A stretch of DNA of 64,000 nt, taken from assembly GCA_000320545.1 (NCBI GenBank), contig ADNK01000156.1, positions 48,978 to 112,977 on the forward strand, written 5' to 3'. The notes below the pieces were generated by a model that worked only from the letters and a program-made list of their open reading frames with translations, did not search any database and was not told the DNA's origin. Position numbers and translations under genes: made by a program. This DNA is from Bigelowiella natans CCMP2755. Taxonomy: Eukaryota; Protista; Cercozoa. Positions 24,860 to 37,850 of this stretch are shown one piece after another. How positions within the stretch are numbered: the first letter of the stretch is position 1; each line of letters starts with the position of its first letter.

Positions 24860-26121
24860 ATGGGAATAACAGCAAGATACCAAGCCGACATGGTGCTCGC
24901 CATCGCTCTTGCATTGCTTCTCCCCTCCGTTGCTGCTCAGGACCCCGCTCCGGGATGGTAAAATTATGACAATGATCTACATATGAAAGTTTAATTACCA
25001 TTGAAGGGATCTTGTGAAATGGGACAGCGCCCCGCAATTAATACGCTTAGCCGACGTATTTGTTATTTTTGATGTTTGAATTCGTGGCATATTTCTAGGA
25101 TGGCCTACGCAGTAGGAAGCCTCCCCGAGGGTGTTGATCGCATCACAAAGCTGACCATGAAGTGGAAAGTCGGCGAGGAACCAAGCCATTCCCGGGCGTT
25201 CTTTTCACCTTGGTTTGGCATGGACCCTTCAGACAACCTTAACCTCATCCAGCCCGTCAATCCGTGGCTAGGCAGCCAGTGGGCAATGTACACTGAGGTA
25301 AACTATTAGATGATTCAGGATTTAGGGGGGGGGGACGACAAAATATTGGGAGCATTCTTCATCTTTTTCCGATTTGCTTACTCTCTGGCATTATTTATCA
25401 TCACCTCAGTACTTCCAGTGGTCTCCCGAGCACAACTCGAACAGCAGGCAGCAAAGTGTGGAAGCCGGACAGACCTTGGCGGGATCCCTCGTTTACGATG
25501 AATCCACCGACTCGTATGAGCTGTCCCAGACAGTTGTTGAAACCGGTGTCTCAAGCTCTCAGACTGTCAAGTGCCAGAGCGGGAAAAAATACACCGTTCC
25601 CTACGGTAATATTTGTTTGCGTCCACATCCACCCTTCAACATCCTATATCTGAATTTTCCGAGTCTCCTGGATTTGTCTGTCTAAAATGAACTCGTTGGC
25701 GCCTCTCCTACCCGACATACTTTATTTTATATTTTAAAAATAAAATTGAATGTAATGCCTGTAATTCATGTATTTATGCACTAATTCAGTTGTCTACGAG
25801 AAGACTTTTCCGTGCCAGTACTACCCTCCTGACGAAAAGGTGACCTTCACGGACATCTACGTTGAGTGTGACGGTAAGGATTGCACGGATGATGTCAAGT
25901 GGGAGCCTATGGTGAAGGACGCCAACTGCAACATGCAGGCGAACATCGAAGATTCCAAGACCATCTCGATTACATGGGACACAAGCGCAGCCTCCAAGTA
26001 CGATAACTTCAGCGAGAATGAGCTCTTCCAGCTGAACTTCCATGGTTGGGCGACCAAGGTTCCTGCTCTGAGGTACCAATTCAGTCAAACAGAGAAAGAA
26101 GGATTGCCCCAGGAGCTGTGA
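24860..26121 (+). CDS. Secreted protein, possibly with a glutamic-peptidase (G1)-like beta-sandwich fold; 4 exons
   Basis: Signal peptide MVLAIALALLLPSVAAQDPAPGW|MAYAVG, then FFSPWFGMDPSDNLNLIQPVNPW..MYTE|YFQW, TVPY|VVYEKTFPC..YPPDEKVTFTDI. The fold assignment is an inference from the IQP and YEK motifs. Confidence 0.7.
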
Positions 26122-26645
26122 ATAAGCAGAGAGCATTTTAAGGGTTCATGATGATCAGCAACGTGCATCCTGCTGCGTGAAGTATCTCTGGTGCAGGCGC
26201 TCTACGATAATGGTTTGAGACTTCATCAGTGTGACATGGCCAAATCAGTATCGCGTCGTGCATCAAACGTTAGTAATTTGAACCTAAACATCGCATCTCA
26301 TAGCAGTAACAGTAGTCGATAGTCATAGCTTGTACACGTACTGGCACTTTGTGCATGCATCGCAGCTTGCAGCACGCTAGCACGTCAGGGTGCACATGCA
26401 ACACTTGCATGGGGGCACCTCACGTGTACGTGGTTGATGCCTACGTACGTGCGGTTAGCCGCGTAGCTAGCTAGCTAGTTAGGGCTAGAAGATCGCACCT
26501 CATCATCCAAGCAATAAGCGTTTTGGATGCTTTAAATTAACCACCATGATGCAACGCTGCGGAGCAGTACAATAAATCCTAGATTGCCTTCCTGGCATTC
26601 CTTTTCTCCCACATACCTAGATACATGATGTAGCTTGCATTGCAC

Positions 26646-26711
26646 AGCTACATGAGGATGACCGCATTAAACAAATTTAATTGATTCATTACATCCGTCT
26701 TACATGTAGCT
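26646..26711. repeat. Dispersed ~60-bp hairpin-like element, copy 1
   Basis: agctacatgaggatgacc...attacatccgtcttacatgtagct, with 9-bp terminal inverted repeats (agctacatg/catgtagct). Homologous to 31843-31902 and 31939-31996. Confidence 0.8.
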
Positions 26712-26876
26712 TGCACACGTGCAACTAAGATATTACTTCTTTCGTGTGGCACTATCGCTGTCAGTCTACACAAGATTGTCCGCAGGTTCGCGGAACGTAA
26801 ATGTGTATCCGATATCGTATGCAGAAGGGAGAAGGGTGGGGGGCAAGACTAAGATGCCAGAGTAGGACCTACTAGC

Positions 26877-27657
26877 TTAGCTTGCCTCTTCATTCGAGGC
26901 AAGTAGAGATTGTCGCTCCTCATCGTTGCTTTCGGCGTCGTAATTGCCGCTGTCGCCATACTGCTCCGCCTTCTGGGTTATTGCGTCCGTGTCTTGTACA
27001 TTATCGAGTTTCTCCAGGTTGATACGGTCCCATGAGTAGTAAGCCCCTCCGAGAAGTGTGATCGCACATCCAATCGCAGACAACTGATGATGATTAAATA
27101 ACAAAGAATCATTGCACGTTAACGGGATCTAGTACATTGTTGTACGCGGCCGGCTCTCCCCCCTTGGCATTGCGCTCCATTTGAACATGTGTGTACTCAC
27201 CGGTTTGTATGCCTCATGGAGAATAAGGATGCCGTACGCAATAACCACGAACTTGTTCATGTTGATGCACACGAGAAACGATGTGGCGGAGATAAGCCTG
27301 CAGTCAAAACGGGGAGAGGAAAGGGGGTCGATACGTTGTTCGTTTTTGTTTTGTTTGCAATATGTCATAATTGGTGTCGTTGTGGCATATACGGAGGTTT
27401 TGGGTATTTTTTGCCCCTCGCGGGAGGGATTTTCTTCTTTCTCTCTCTTTCTTTCTCTCTCTCTCTCTCTAATGGACCTCTGGACTCGAAAAGAGGTGTA
27501 CGATATCATAACGCCGCACAAACAACTAGCTGCGATAAATGCCCATCCAATGGTGTCAATGGCTGAAATCCCTGAACCAACCTGGAGAGGAGTAGAAGCA
27601 GGGGAGGGAAAAGGATGAGACGAAGGAGGAGGGAGGAGTAGGTACAATATCCAATAA

Positions 27658-27690
<33 letters not shown>

Positions 27691-28029
27691 CTTTGTGTGT
27701 GTGTGTGTGTGTGTTGTATTGCGTTGCAGGAATCTCTCCACCATCATTAATCGATCTCCTGTCACGTCTCCCTCATACTCGCTGTTGGCGACTGCCACCT
27801 ACCTTTGGGAATTCACCGTTGATGTACATGAAGAACGGCATGCATGCGGCGCACGCGAAGTTGTTATACAGCGTCAGGCCGGAGTCGTTACTGTGTAGTT
27901 GTTGTATGTGATGGCATAGAGTAAGTGGGAGCAAACCATTAGTTTTATGATGAGTCGCGGCACGGTCTAAATTTGAAGCTTATACATATATAAATACATA
28001 CTATATGGCTGCCTATTCTCATCATCAGT

Positions 28030-28067
<38 letters not shown>

Positions 28068-28500
28068 CATGCTCACAATGACAAATGGGCTGGCATGCAT
28101 GGTGTGCATTCGTGTATTCCACAGTAGTGTTCTTTCCTGTCTCTTACAGCAAACAAGCACGTGTTGGTTCACTGACATATCGATGGGCGATTCTGCCAGT
28201 AGGTAGCGCTGTATCAAGCGGTCCAAGGTGGCCAAGAGCTGCGAAACCAACGAAACACAACTCAGCAAAAGCAGGCATTACATTCACCCAGGGCTTGTAT
28301 CATACATGGTATGGAAAGCATGTAGGGGACGAGAAGAGAGACCAAAACGTTATAGCGTCATTAGTGTTTTGGTTGATAATAATATTATTATTATTACTAT
28401 CTTTATTCTCATTCCATGATCAGTACTACTGTCAACCAACCTACCATATTAATCACGAGGAAGATGATCCCCAACAACTCTGCATGTATCCCCTGTTTAC

Positions 28501-28532
<32 letters not shown>

Positions 28533-29460
28533 CAGTTTTGTTAGCGTGGTAGTTGTAGTAGTAGTAATAGGTGTTGTTGTTTTGTCACTAGCATTAGCAG
28601 CACAGGTTTCGTTTGAGGCGCATCCATGGAGATAAGAGAGATAACAATGGTGATAATTAAGATGATTAACGATGGTGGCTTTCGTGAGGACTACAGTGAA
28701 GCTCAGAGCAAAGTGCAAAGAAGCTTAGCTATCATGTCAGGCTAGAAGAGACAACGAGAGCGACGACATAGGAATGAATGAGTAAGCCAACAGCGACATT
28801 CACCTTTTGAAATGTTGCGTATAGAATCACACCTACGAATCATAGCACAAATCAATGTCTGAGTGTCAATAAATCAGTCGATTAATTTCTTCTTCATTTC
28901 TCTCTCTGTCTCTCTCTGTTTCTCTCTTTCTCTCGTTCTCTTTCTCTCTCTCTCTCTCTCTCGCTCTTACCCATGATGGTGATGCCAAGGGAGATGAAGG
29001 TGTGAATCGTCGTCAGGTACTTTGCCTTCTTGAAAAAGGACTCGAACACAAGCCCCAACAGCTAACGAATAAATGATAATTGGGTGGTGAATGTGTTTGG
29101 GATGCAGTTTCTTCCGGCGGCGCTGTGACCACAGGCGATGCATAAATTTAAGGGTGTTTGCAGAGATGCTGCAAGATTGAAGAATCACCAATTAGAATCA
29201 ATCAATTTTCGTTTGGAACCTACCGGAGAGCACATCCTAACGACTACAATAGAACCGAGGGAGCAGTACTTGAATGCTACCATTGACGTTCCTGTGTGTA
29301 TATGCATGCATGTGTGTGTGTGTGTGTATCAAGATCATATGCATGAAGCTAGGGGGCTGTTAAATACCAAGCATCCCTACAAAAAGGAGAGCAGCTGGAA
29401 GCCATTTAAGTTTATCAGTAAAGCTTCCTAAGAAATTAATTCAGGTGTATTATGCAAGCA

Positions 29461-29498
<38 letters not shown>

Positions 29499-30479
29499 AT
29501 GATTTGTATGTTTGTGTGTGTAGGTGAGGGAGGGTTTGTCTAAAACTTGCAAACTTAGAGAGAGAATCGTGACTGAAAACATGTGACGTCGAAGAAGGCA
29601 ATTGTATTGTCCCGAATTAAAAGTATGCGACACACTACGAATCTGGAATGAACCATCATATCTGCCAAATCGGCATCTAAATCGGTATGTTTAAGCGCAC
29701 AAATTCGATTACCTAGCTTAATTTGGCTCCAAAATGGGATGAGAATGACGCAAACCACGGCGCATTGGATAAGTACCAACAGCATCGGGAGCTGGATTGC
29801 CTTGATAGCCTAAGTAAATTACGTAACTGATCATTTCGGGTGTGATATGGTGCTTCGCTTGTTTCGTTTTTGATGCCAACATATTTGGATAAATGCATGC
29901 ATTTTATTTTGGAGTAGGCCTGCCCACCATCTTGTTGAAGATCGACATTCCAGCGGACGACGTCATGTACAAGGATATGGAAGCAACCATGTTGACCTGC
30001 AGATGGTAAGACGACCGACAACATGTGAGTGATCATCGTGAGGCAGAGACAACTATTCTCAATTTCTGTGTCTTGTATGTGAAAGATATGGAGTAATTCT
30101 ATGACCCATGATTCGCCATCTAAGTAGGAGTTTTGCTTCAGGTCCTTCCCCTTGATGCTCTGGGCTTCTTGGCTGGACAATGAGTGCACGAGAAATCGAT
30201 ATCAACAAAAAAGACGGAAAATGTTGACACAGAACAAACAACAATCGATCCGTTCTGGAACCTTATATTGTCCGCAGATTTCGGGAGGGGGTCATGATCC
30301 TTCACTGGCATGACAGCAGGTGGGAAGGAGGCCTGTTCAAATTTTTTGAATTCTGGAGTAAATCGGCCGAAATTGTAAACATTGGAGAAACCCGGTAGTA
30401 ACGGGTAATGGAACAACTCAACAGCTCGGGTACCGATTAAACGACATGCATCTTCTTCCAAAATTGGGTCCCAATTCAT
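26877..30479 (-). CDS. Nucleotide-sugar transporter (GONST/GDP-mannose transporter-like, DMT superfamily), multi-exon
   Basis: Exons read SISLYMTSSAGMSIFNK, MLLVLIQCAVV, KWLPAALLFVGML, LYNNFAC, CLCGVMISYTSFRVQR, ISATSFLVCINMNKF and IGCAITLLGGAYYSW. The start codon is uncertain (30479 or 30311). Confidence 0.82.
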
Positions 30480-30592
30480 TGTAGCGACAAGGGAAAACAC
30501 CCAGGAACTAGAACGGAACGCGTATGCTACATCGCGCGAATCTGATAACTCGAGATAACTCCCTCCCCACAACAAATCTTATTGTGTCGGTC

Positions 30593-31331
30593 ATGTCGGA
30601 AGCAAAGGATTTGGATCTTCCAGTAATATACATGCTTATTGAGATTGGGAGACGAAAAGACTAACCTATCATCATACATCTCAGTCAATATGGCCTCTTA
30701 TCTTCGATGCATTCGACGAAAATGGAGACGGTAGATAATACTACTTTTGCCGAATTATGGGAGATATGATATTAGTAAGATTGTGTTATACTTGTAATTA
30801 CTGGTAGTTATAAGATTTCGTCATTTATTACATTTATGCTCAGCAAATTAGCGACAGCACTTGATTTCCACTTTGACATGATTCACTTTCCATCGAAGGT
30901 ACTGTATCTCGGCAAGAACTGGCCAAGTTTTGGAAGGAGGGAGGTTTTTACTAGATACCACCACCATCTATAAAAAATATAACCTAATCGTATCATCAAC
31001 TATATTACATGTAAGTGCGACTTGACGTCCTGCTGTGCGATTCAAAGGTACGATCTCAAATGTTTTGGCCGGATCTGATTTTGATAAAGACGGGAAGATT
31101 ACGAAGAAGGAATGGTAATGAGATTGAACAAATTCAAATTATATATAGACATGTGCTGACAGGGCTACATTTATTTTGCCACATAGATGGTGTAATGTGA
31201 AAACTAAATCATTTGGTACATGTATCAGGACCCAGCAGTATGAACTCTTGATCAAGAAGTTCGGAAAACCGGATGCAGGTGCGATCAAAGAAGCCAAGGC
31301 AGTTTTAGAAAAAATCAAAGCTAAAAAGTAA
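30593..31331 (+). CDS. Small two-EF-hand calcium-binding protein, multi-exon
   Basis: Spliced reading MSEAKDLDLP|SIWPLIFDAFDENGD|GTVSRQELAKFWKE|GTISNVLAGSDFDKDGKITKKEW|TQQYELLIKKFGKPD...KAKK*, containing two canonical 12-residue EF loops. Confidence 0.85.
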
Positions 31332-31842
31332 GACGAATCAGATGAGCGATGAAAATACCACCATGTTTATGATGATATAAAATGTCGGAACCTTCGACAA
31401 TTTTTGCAGAACTCAAAGGTTTTTACTTATTTTAGGGATATTGATCGATATGATAGAATCGATATCCATATTGATATGTATCTTTAGAGTTATTACAAGC
31501 AATACTATCCACTGCAATAATGCTGTATGTAGCAGCGTCAGACTGCAAGATGCGCAGCATCATATGGGTGTCCTTAAAAACTAGAAAATTATGAACGTTA
31601 CGCATGCGATCGATTGTGACATATATTCAGCCAGCACTAGAGCATGTAGCCATTCGTAGTGCGCATCTATAGTTCATGCAGAGTTAGAGACACGTTTATA
31701 CAATCCGCGCGGGAGCTGTTCCTCATCAGACATCGAGCTAGCTCACATTGTATCTATTTGCAACATGAGGCGGAGTGGTTCGAAATGAGTCACGTGTAGT
31801 ATACGTAAGCATCGTCACACATTCTAGATCGACGTACACAGC

Positions 31843-31996
31843 GCTACATGAGGATGACCATATTGAACAGATTTAATATGATTGATTACATCTGTCTTAT
31901 ATTCCAGACCGAAACAACATGCATTGCATGTCTATCATCATAAGGATGACCATTATTGAACCAATTAAATTGATTAATTACATCCGTCTTACATAT
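31843..31996. repeat. Dispersed ~60-bp element, copies 2 and 3 in loose tandem
   Basis: ctacatgaggatgaccatattgaacagatttaatatgattgattacatctgtcttat and cataaggatgaccattattgaaccaattaaattgattaattacatccgtcttacat. Confidence 0.8.
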
Positions 31997-32156
31997 CAAA
32001 ACAGCTAGACAGTACAGCGCCCGCGCACGTTCATCATCAGTATTTTGAGTGTGCTGCGATGCGATGCATGGTACATATATGGCCTACTACTATAATGCAC
32101 ATACTGCCTGTAATGCTGCTCCCATAGTGCACACTCTCTGCTATTTGCTTGACTAA

Positions 32157-33248
32157 TTATTTTCCTTCACCATTCAATTTTAAACCAGCGCTGGTATCAT
32201 CTACTGATTTAGCACCTGTGAGATGAGATGAGGGGGGTGTGACAGCTACTGTAGGCTCTGAAGTAGGCCTTCGTCGCCGCCTTCTTGGAGCAGCTATCTT
32301 CCTTCTAGATGAGAGAGGTAAGCCACGTCGTGGCGGTGGATACTTTGTCCGTCCTACGGCCTCATCAAATTTACGATTAGCGTGTAGCGGAAGTTCTGAT
32401 ACCATTTTCCTACTTCTTAGACTCTCAACATCATCCAATTTATGATGAATAGGTGCCTCATGCGTTACATGGCGACGTAGATCGGAGGAATTAAATGCAG
32501 ATGGCGACGCCCGAGGAGGGTGCGTAGTATTATTGCTACTCGAAGCATCACCGTCTCTATCTGGCCATGATGTTGCCCCAGTTTTCAGTGCATTTTTTGA
32601 ATCTGATGTGCCGTAGTTCATCACCATTGAAGCCCAATCTTCTTGTGCTAATATCGACACCATATTTGACAATCAGTGAGGGCGAAAAGAGAAATGTCAT
32701 GATGAAAAGTCGTAGTAGATAAATCATAACCTTGCTCCTTCATCATCGCCCAGTCTCTGAAGTCTTTCATTAGATCACTGCATCAAAACCATGAGAAATT
32801 AATATACCATAACTTTTTCAATTTGAAGGAAAAATGAAATCTTACTCTATTCCTACGATGTACTCCTTCTCTCTCGCGTTGAGCCGTGCCACTTCCTGGC
32901 TGTGCTTTGTCTGAAAGAACAGGCGAACTTTAATGAAGTGTTCGAAGAAATTCACTAGACGGCATTATTGCTCTTCCATAACAATTATGCATTAGTTCCA
33001 TGGTACTTTGGTGTCATCCAATAGCTTCCTGACTTCTCTCATGTCATGTTGAAGGCCTTCGACCTCGGTCTGATGCTGTCTAGAAAGCCAATGGAACAAA
33101 TTCATCCAACTGCTGTCAATACCTATATTTGAAATTCACCTGTTGATGTCTTCGATTTGCTTTCTTAGTTGTTCAATAATCTTCTCTTTAGCCTGTATCA
33201 TGCCTGTATACACATATTACATTTCTTCCCTTCCTGTCACTCCCTCAC

Positions 33249-33286
<38 letters not shown>

Positions 33287-33307
33287 AGTTTGTTTGTGTA
33301 AGTGTGA

Positions 33308-33352
<45 letters not shown>

Positions 33353-33673
33353 ATGCTGTGTAGTTCAGCACACAATGTTCCACAACACACACACAAAACC
33401 AGATGCATAACGCTTTGATACCATCGAACCAAAAGAATAGCTCCTTCTTCCGGAATTCCCCCATCTCAAGCTCTTCTCGCTCTCGCTTGAGCTTCTCCTC
33501 AACTGACTGACGTTTCCAGTATCAAGAATATTTGTCATGCTGCAGTACGTACGTCAACACATTGCATGTACATGCACTTATCTACCTCCTCCTCCATCGA
33601 AACCGTCGTGCTTGTTGTTATCAGTTAAGCCGTTCCGTGCTTTCTGTAACTCCAGTGCTATTTTTGTTGTTGG

Positions 33674-33707
<34 letters not shown>

Positions 33708-33776
33708 GCCGGAGTCTTGCAATCACCTTCCCCTTTTACACTGGATTTTACCATATTCGTTTTTCCAGAAAGCCAT
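32157..33776 (-). CDS. Hypothetical coiled-coil protein with a low-complexity C-terminus
   Basis: Exons KRQSVEEKLKREREELEMG, SWMNLFHWLSRQHQTEVEGLQHDMREVRKLLDDTK and DLMKDFRDWAMMKEQ, plus terminal ORF 32157-32672. The start is uncertain. Confidence 0.55.
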
Positions 33777-34222
33777 CCCGTTGGGCTGGAAAAAAGTGAT
33801 AGTAACTTATTTTGCTTCTTCTTGACGATAATCTTAGAGAATATTCTTCCGATAGTTTTGGGTATTATGAGAGCAAATAAATCCTAGGATATTTTTTGTT
33901 GTTTGTGTTGCGATGGTCACTGGCCTGCTGCGATCGGGTCGGTCACCACCACCTCTCAGCAGCTGCTGCTGGGAGACGGAGCGTCGGAAGGAAAAACATG
34001 GAGGAGGTCTCCTGTGTTATCAGCGTGGATTCATGAGCGTGGCGCTTAACAAGAATGGAGGAGCTCTTGGAGGTACTTCCTTCGACCGCCATCTTTGTAA
34101 ATTTGTTGGGTGTTTGATACTGTTTTAAACCTCAGCCCCCGCGTCCATTCCGGTCACTCCTTGGAGTTGTCCTCGGGATGTTGCTCTTGGCTATACGTTT
34201 CCAGTCTAAAAATCCGAGGGGA

Positions 34223-37200
34223 ATGAAGCTGAACCTTGCGATTGCCCCTTCGTTAGGGAGAAGTGAGGGCTTAAATAGTCAAGCACGCAAAACATCTCTT
34301 CGAGACCGACTCCGAACTTTTTTTGAGACACATAGCCGCAGAAAGCTCTCCAACCTGGATCAGATGATTTGGTGGTACACGACAATGGAAACAGAGGCGG
34401 ACCTCAATAAGTATTTCTTAAAAAACGAAACAAATCGAGCACGTTCAACTATACTTTTACCAAAGGGTTATCGAGCACATACATAATATTTACATTATAA
34501 ATATGTACACAAATATATGCATATATTCATCCAGAATTTGCTTTGTATTTGTAAGAGCTTTGAAAGCAGAGTTTGGAGCGGATCTTACAACGCTGAACCG
34601 TTCAAGCTCTTTGAATGCTAATCTTTTCGATTCGGGTGATAAACGGAGAATCGTTTATGTGAAACTTACCGATACTCAGGAACTATTCGAAAGGATAATC
34701 TTTATGTTTTGATCTCAACATCTTATTTAGGTGACCCGTCTGTTGTGGAACGAGAGATGGCACGTTTGCAAAGAGATGCAACTACTCAAGCCCCGGATAC
34801 TCGCCCGTATCATCAGCACCAGTACCAAAGCATACAAAGGGGATCTGCTCCCAGGGCCAACCAACCTAATGTAACTGCCCCTCCTTCTACAACAACGGGC
34901 TGCGAGAGCACTGCTGCTACCGCTGCTAAATCTCTAGACATAGGCTCACTCTTACATCAACCAAATCCTATTAAAATGATGAGAATGCAGAACTCGAGTG
35001 TGAAGGGAATGTTTGCACGAGACAAGAGAAGGTGCTACACTTGCACCGCGATTCTCGCAAAATATAAGATTGCACTCACAGCAATGTACAATTTGATTAG
35101 GCAAGACGCAAGGAGAAAACAAAATAAAGCAGGAAAATTTGCATTATCATCATCATCGGAGGATGGGGAGGAGGAGGGGGACATAACATTCGCTGTGCCC
35201 ACCACTCTCATTAACGCAAAGAATCGAAGCAGAGAGATCATCCGCAAGATGATGCTGACCCACCAAATACCTACTCAACGCCGGCAACTGCGATTTGTAA
35301 ACGAGGCTAATGGTCTCGACACTTCTGTACGCTGCTGTTCCCACCCTTTACGTCCCAATATCGACCGCTTGCGTGTGGAGCAGCATCTCCTCAACCTAAA
35401 CCTAAGTACGGCCAATAGAGCGTTCAACGGCAATATCCAACAGCAGCAGAATGCTCACCGCGCGCCTCCTCCCTCCGAAAACATCTTTGCCGTGAGGAAA
35501 ATAATGCTATCACCAGAGCTACTACATACCATAGAAAGGTTGCAAAACCTTAGCAGCAGCAGCAGCAGCAACAGTAGTAGAAGTAGAAGGAGCGACAGTG
35601 ATGAAATTGCAGTCATCACCCCACTGGCGACAGTCCAGCAGCTCGAGAAAGCAATCCTGGAGAGAGATAAAAAAGAGTCTATATCCTTGAGAAATATATT
35701 ATTCAAGCATCCGTCACCGTCATCATCACTAGCGGTAGTAGCACGCGTGGGTACTAACGAAGCATCAAACTATGATTGGACTGCCAATGCCGTGAATATG
35801 GGCACGCAATGGGAGCTCATTTCCTCTTCTTCCTCATCAAGTTACTACAGCCAGGAATTCCTTGATAGGGTCAATCAGGAAGTGGCTAGCTTTTTCGTTC
35901 AACATGGTGCGAGTCCTTAAATATTTACCCGAATGAAACAGGAAAGAAGAAGATCGAAAAGGGGGGAGGTTTCGAGGTGTTAGGTTTGAACTACCATTTT
36001 TGATGATCATGTGTAGAAGAGTTGCTCATAACTACGGCACTCTTTCATCTTTGCTCTAAAAATCACTTTTGTCTGTAATAACGCAGTATTCTTTGTCATT
36101 TTCTCTCAACTATAATTGTGTTCCATTATCAGTTTTGCCCACCACATCGAAGCCGACGTCTTCGCACTCGATGATCGAGTTGCCCCTACTAACAAGGGAG
36201 GCCTGCAACACCCTTAGCAATGCTGTGGCAAATGCGCTTTGGGATCTATATCGTCAACCTCGTTATCATCCCCGTTCTTGGCACATTTCAAACTCTGGCG
36301 TGGCCGCTAATGAGATGGTGGATGCATCATCTACGGCAATCAGCTACACTAGACATGGGCCGCCGAATCGAGAAAGTTCTTTCTCGTCACCAAAGTTATC
36401 AGCTTTATTACCCAATGAGGGAATAGAGAGAGGGTTGTCTGTGCTTGAAGTAACAAGTTGGAAGTGTTTCTTACGGAGAATCCGTGGTTCTTTTCTTCTA
36501 TCAAACGACTTCAACAGTACAACAACAGGAAGAAAAGCTAGCGAACTAGACGAGCAGCTCGTGACGATGCTTATAGGTGTGAGATGGGCATTCTCCCTTT
36601 TTTACTTGTACGTTGTCCTCTATAATTTCTCTCATGCCCCCAGCCCTCACGACTTTCTTGTTCGTCTACAACATTCGTAGCTGTGTTTTGTTCCCATCTT
36701 CCTCTGATTGATCGTCATGTGTCATATAAAAGAGGCCATCCTTCGGGTCGGTGACCCCAGAATGAAGCCTCACGAGATCAAAGCTGCTGCCCGTTGTGCT
36801 CTTGAGATTGCTAGCGGTGACATAACCCATACTTTCCTTTCTCCCCCGACGATAGAGGAGGAGGAAAACTGCCAACGTAGCGCCATGGGCGAACAGATCG
36901 TCGGATGTAGTTGGTATCCGCTGCTTAATCTAGAATGGCGTACTTTTGACGTAATACGCGACCGTGTTAGGGCACACATTGCCTCTGCACTGAAAATGAG
37001 CCCGAGTGCAAAAAAAAGCCTTTTCATGAAAAGGCATCAACACGATGGCGTCCTGCAGACAGTTGACCCAGGTTAGATTCTGTACGGTCTAAACATGCGC
37101 GTCGAAGTCTCGAACAACCATCGATGACTTTGCCTTTTTGCGCCTCTAATTTAGCACCGGAACGGAAAAAAATGAATTCTTTTCTTTTTACAGTTGAATT

Positions 37201-37588
37201 CGCATCTCGGTATGAAGAACACTTATTTGAAGCTTGCAGAAGGGATGTAAGCTGGCCTGATTATCGTCGCAACTTCAATCGAATGTGGTGATGTCCGGCA
37301 TGCTTTGCTTGATTTTGTCAGCATTCATGTGACCAGGGAATTGTTCTGCATAGGTGGATTCTTGGAAAGAGGGTTGCAAGCAAACAGTTGCAAGCTAGGA
37401 TTCTTACGAACAAAATCACCCTAGAGCAAGTTTTTGAAATGGTTTCGGATGGATCTATCTTGTTTTTAGATTCTGATCAGTTGGATGACACTCACTTCGA
37501 CAACGACGTTCAGACCACTGTCTTCAAAAAGGAATTCGAATGGACAGCAAAAAGCCTTCGCAGACTCCAAGATTTTGATCAATGGTAG
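34223..37588 (+). CDS. Large hypothetical protein, multi-exon
   Basis: Open exons at 34223-34448 (RLRTFFETHSRRKLSNLDQMIWWY..EADLNK), a 400-codon exon at 34730-35908, and exons at 36170-36577, 36670-37070 and 37390-37588. No family recognised with confidence; both ends are uncertain. Confidence 0.55.
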
Positions 37589-37850
37589 CAGGTTGATTGG
37601 TCAGTTATATTTGAATCCTCTGAGATCCAGGTGTGCTGCATGTATGACCATCGATTTCAATGTGTTCAACATTGCCATGCCCATGTAAACATCAGCGGGG
37701 CAGCAGCATCAGCAACACGCAGTGTTCTTTGCAAAAACCGCAACACATGAGAAAATCCTTTCCGATTCAAGCTCTCGTCAATTATTCATACAATAGATAT
37801 ACGTATATATGATATATGTAATACGTGTAACATATACTTTGTCTATAGTC

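Noticed and set aside
26646-26711. Resemblance of the hairpin repeat to a SECIS element, a C/D snoRNA or the MS2 operator (acatgaggatgacc)
   Set aside because: There is no SECIS core with an 11-12 bp helix II and no CTGA D box; the MS2 likeness covers only the 5' half and cannot form that stem.
31767-31787. ggcggagtggttcgaa, resembling tRNA A/B boxes
   Set aside because: The boxes are directly abutted, with no cloverleaf arms or acceptor stem.
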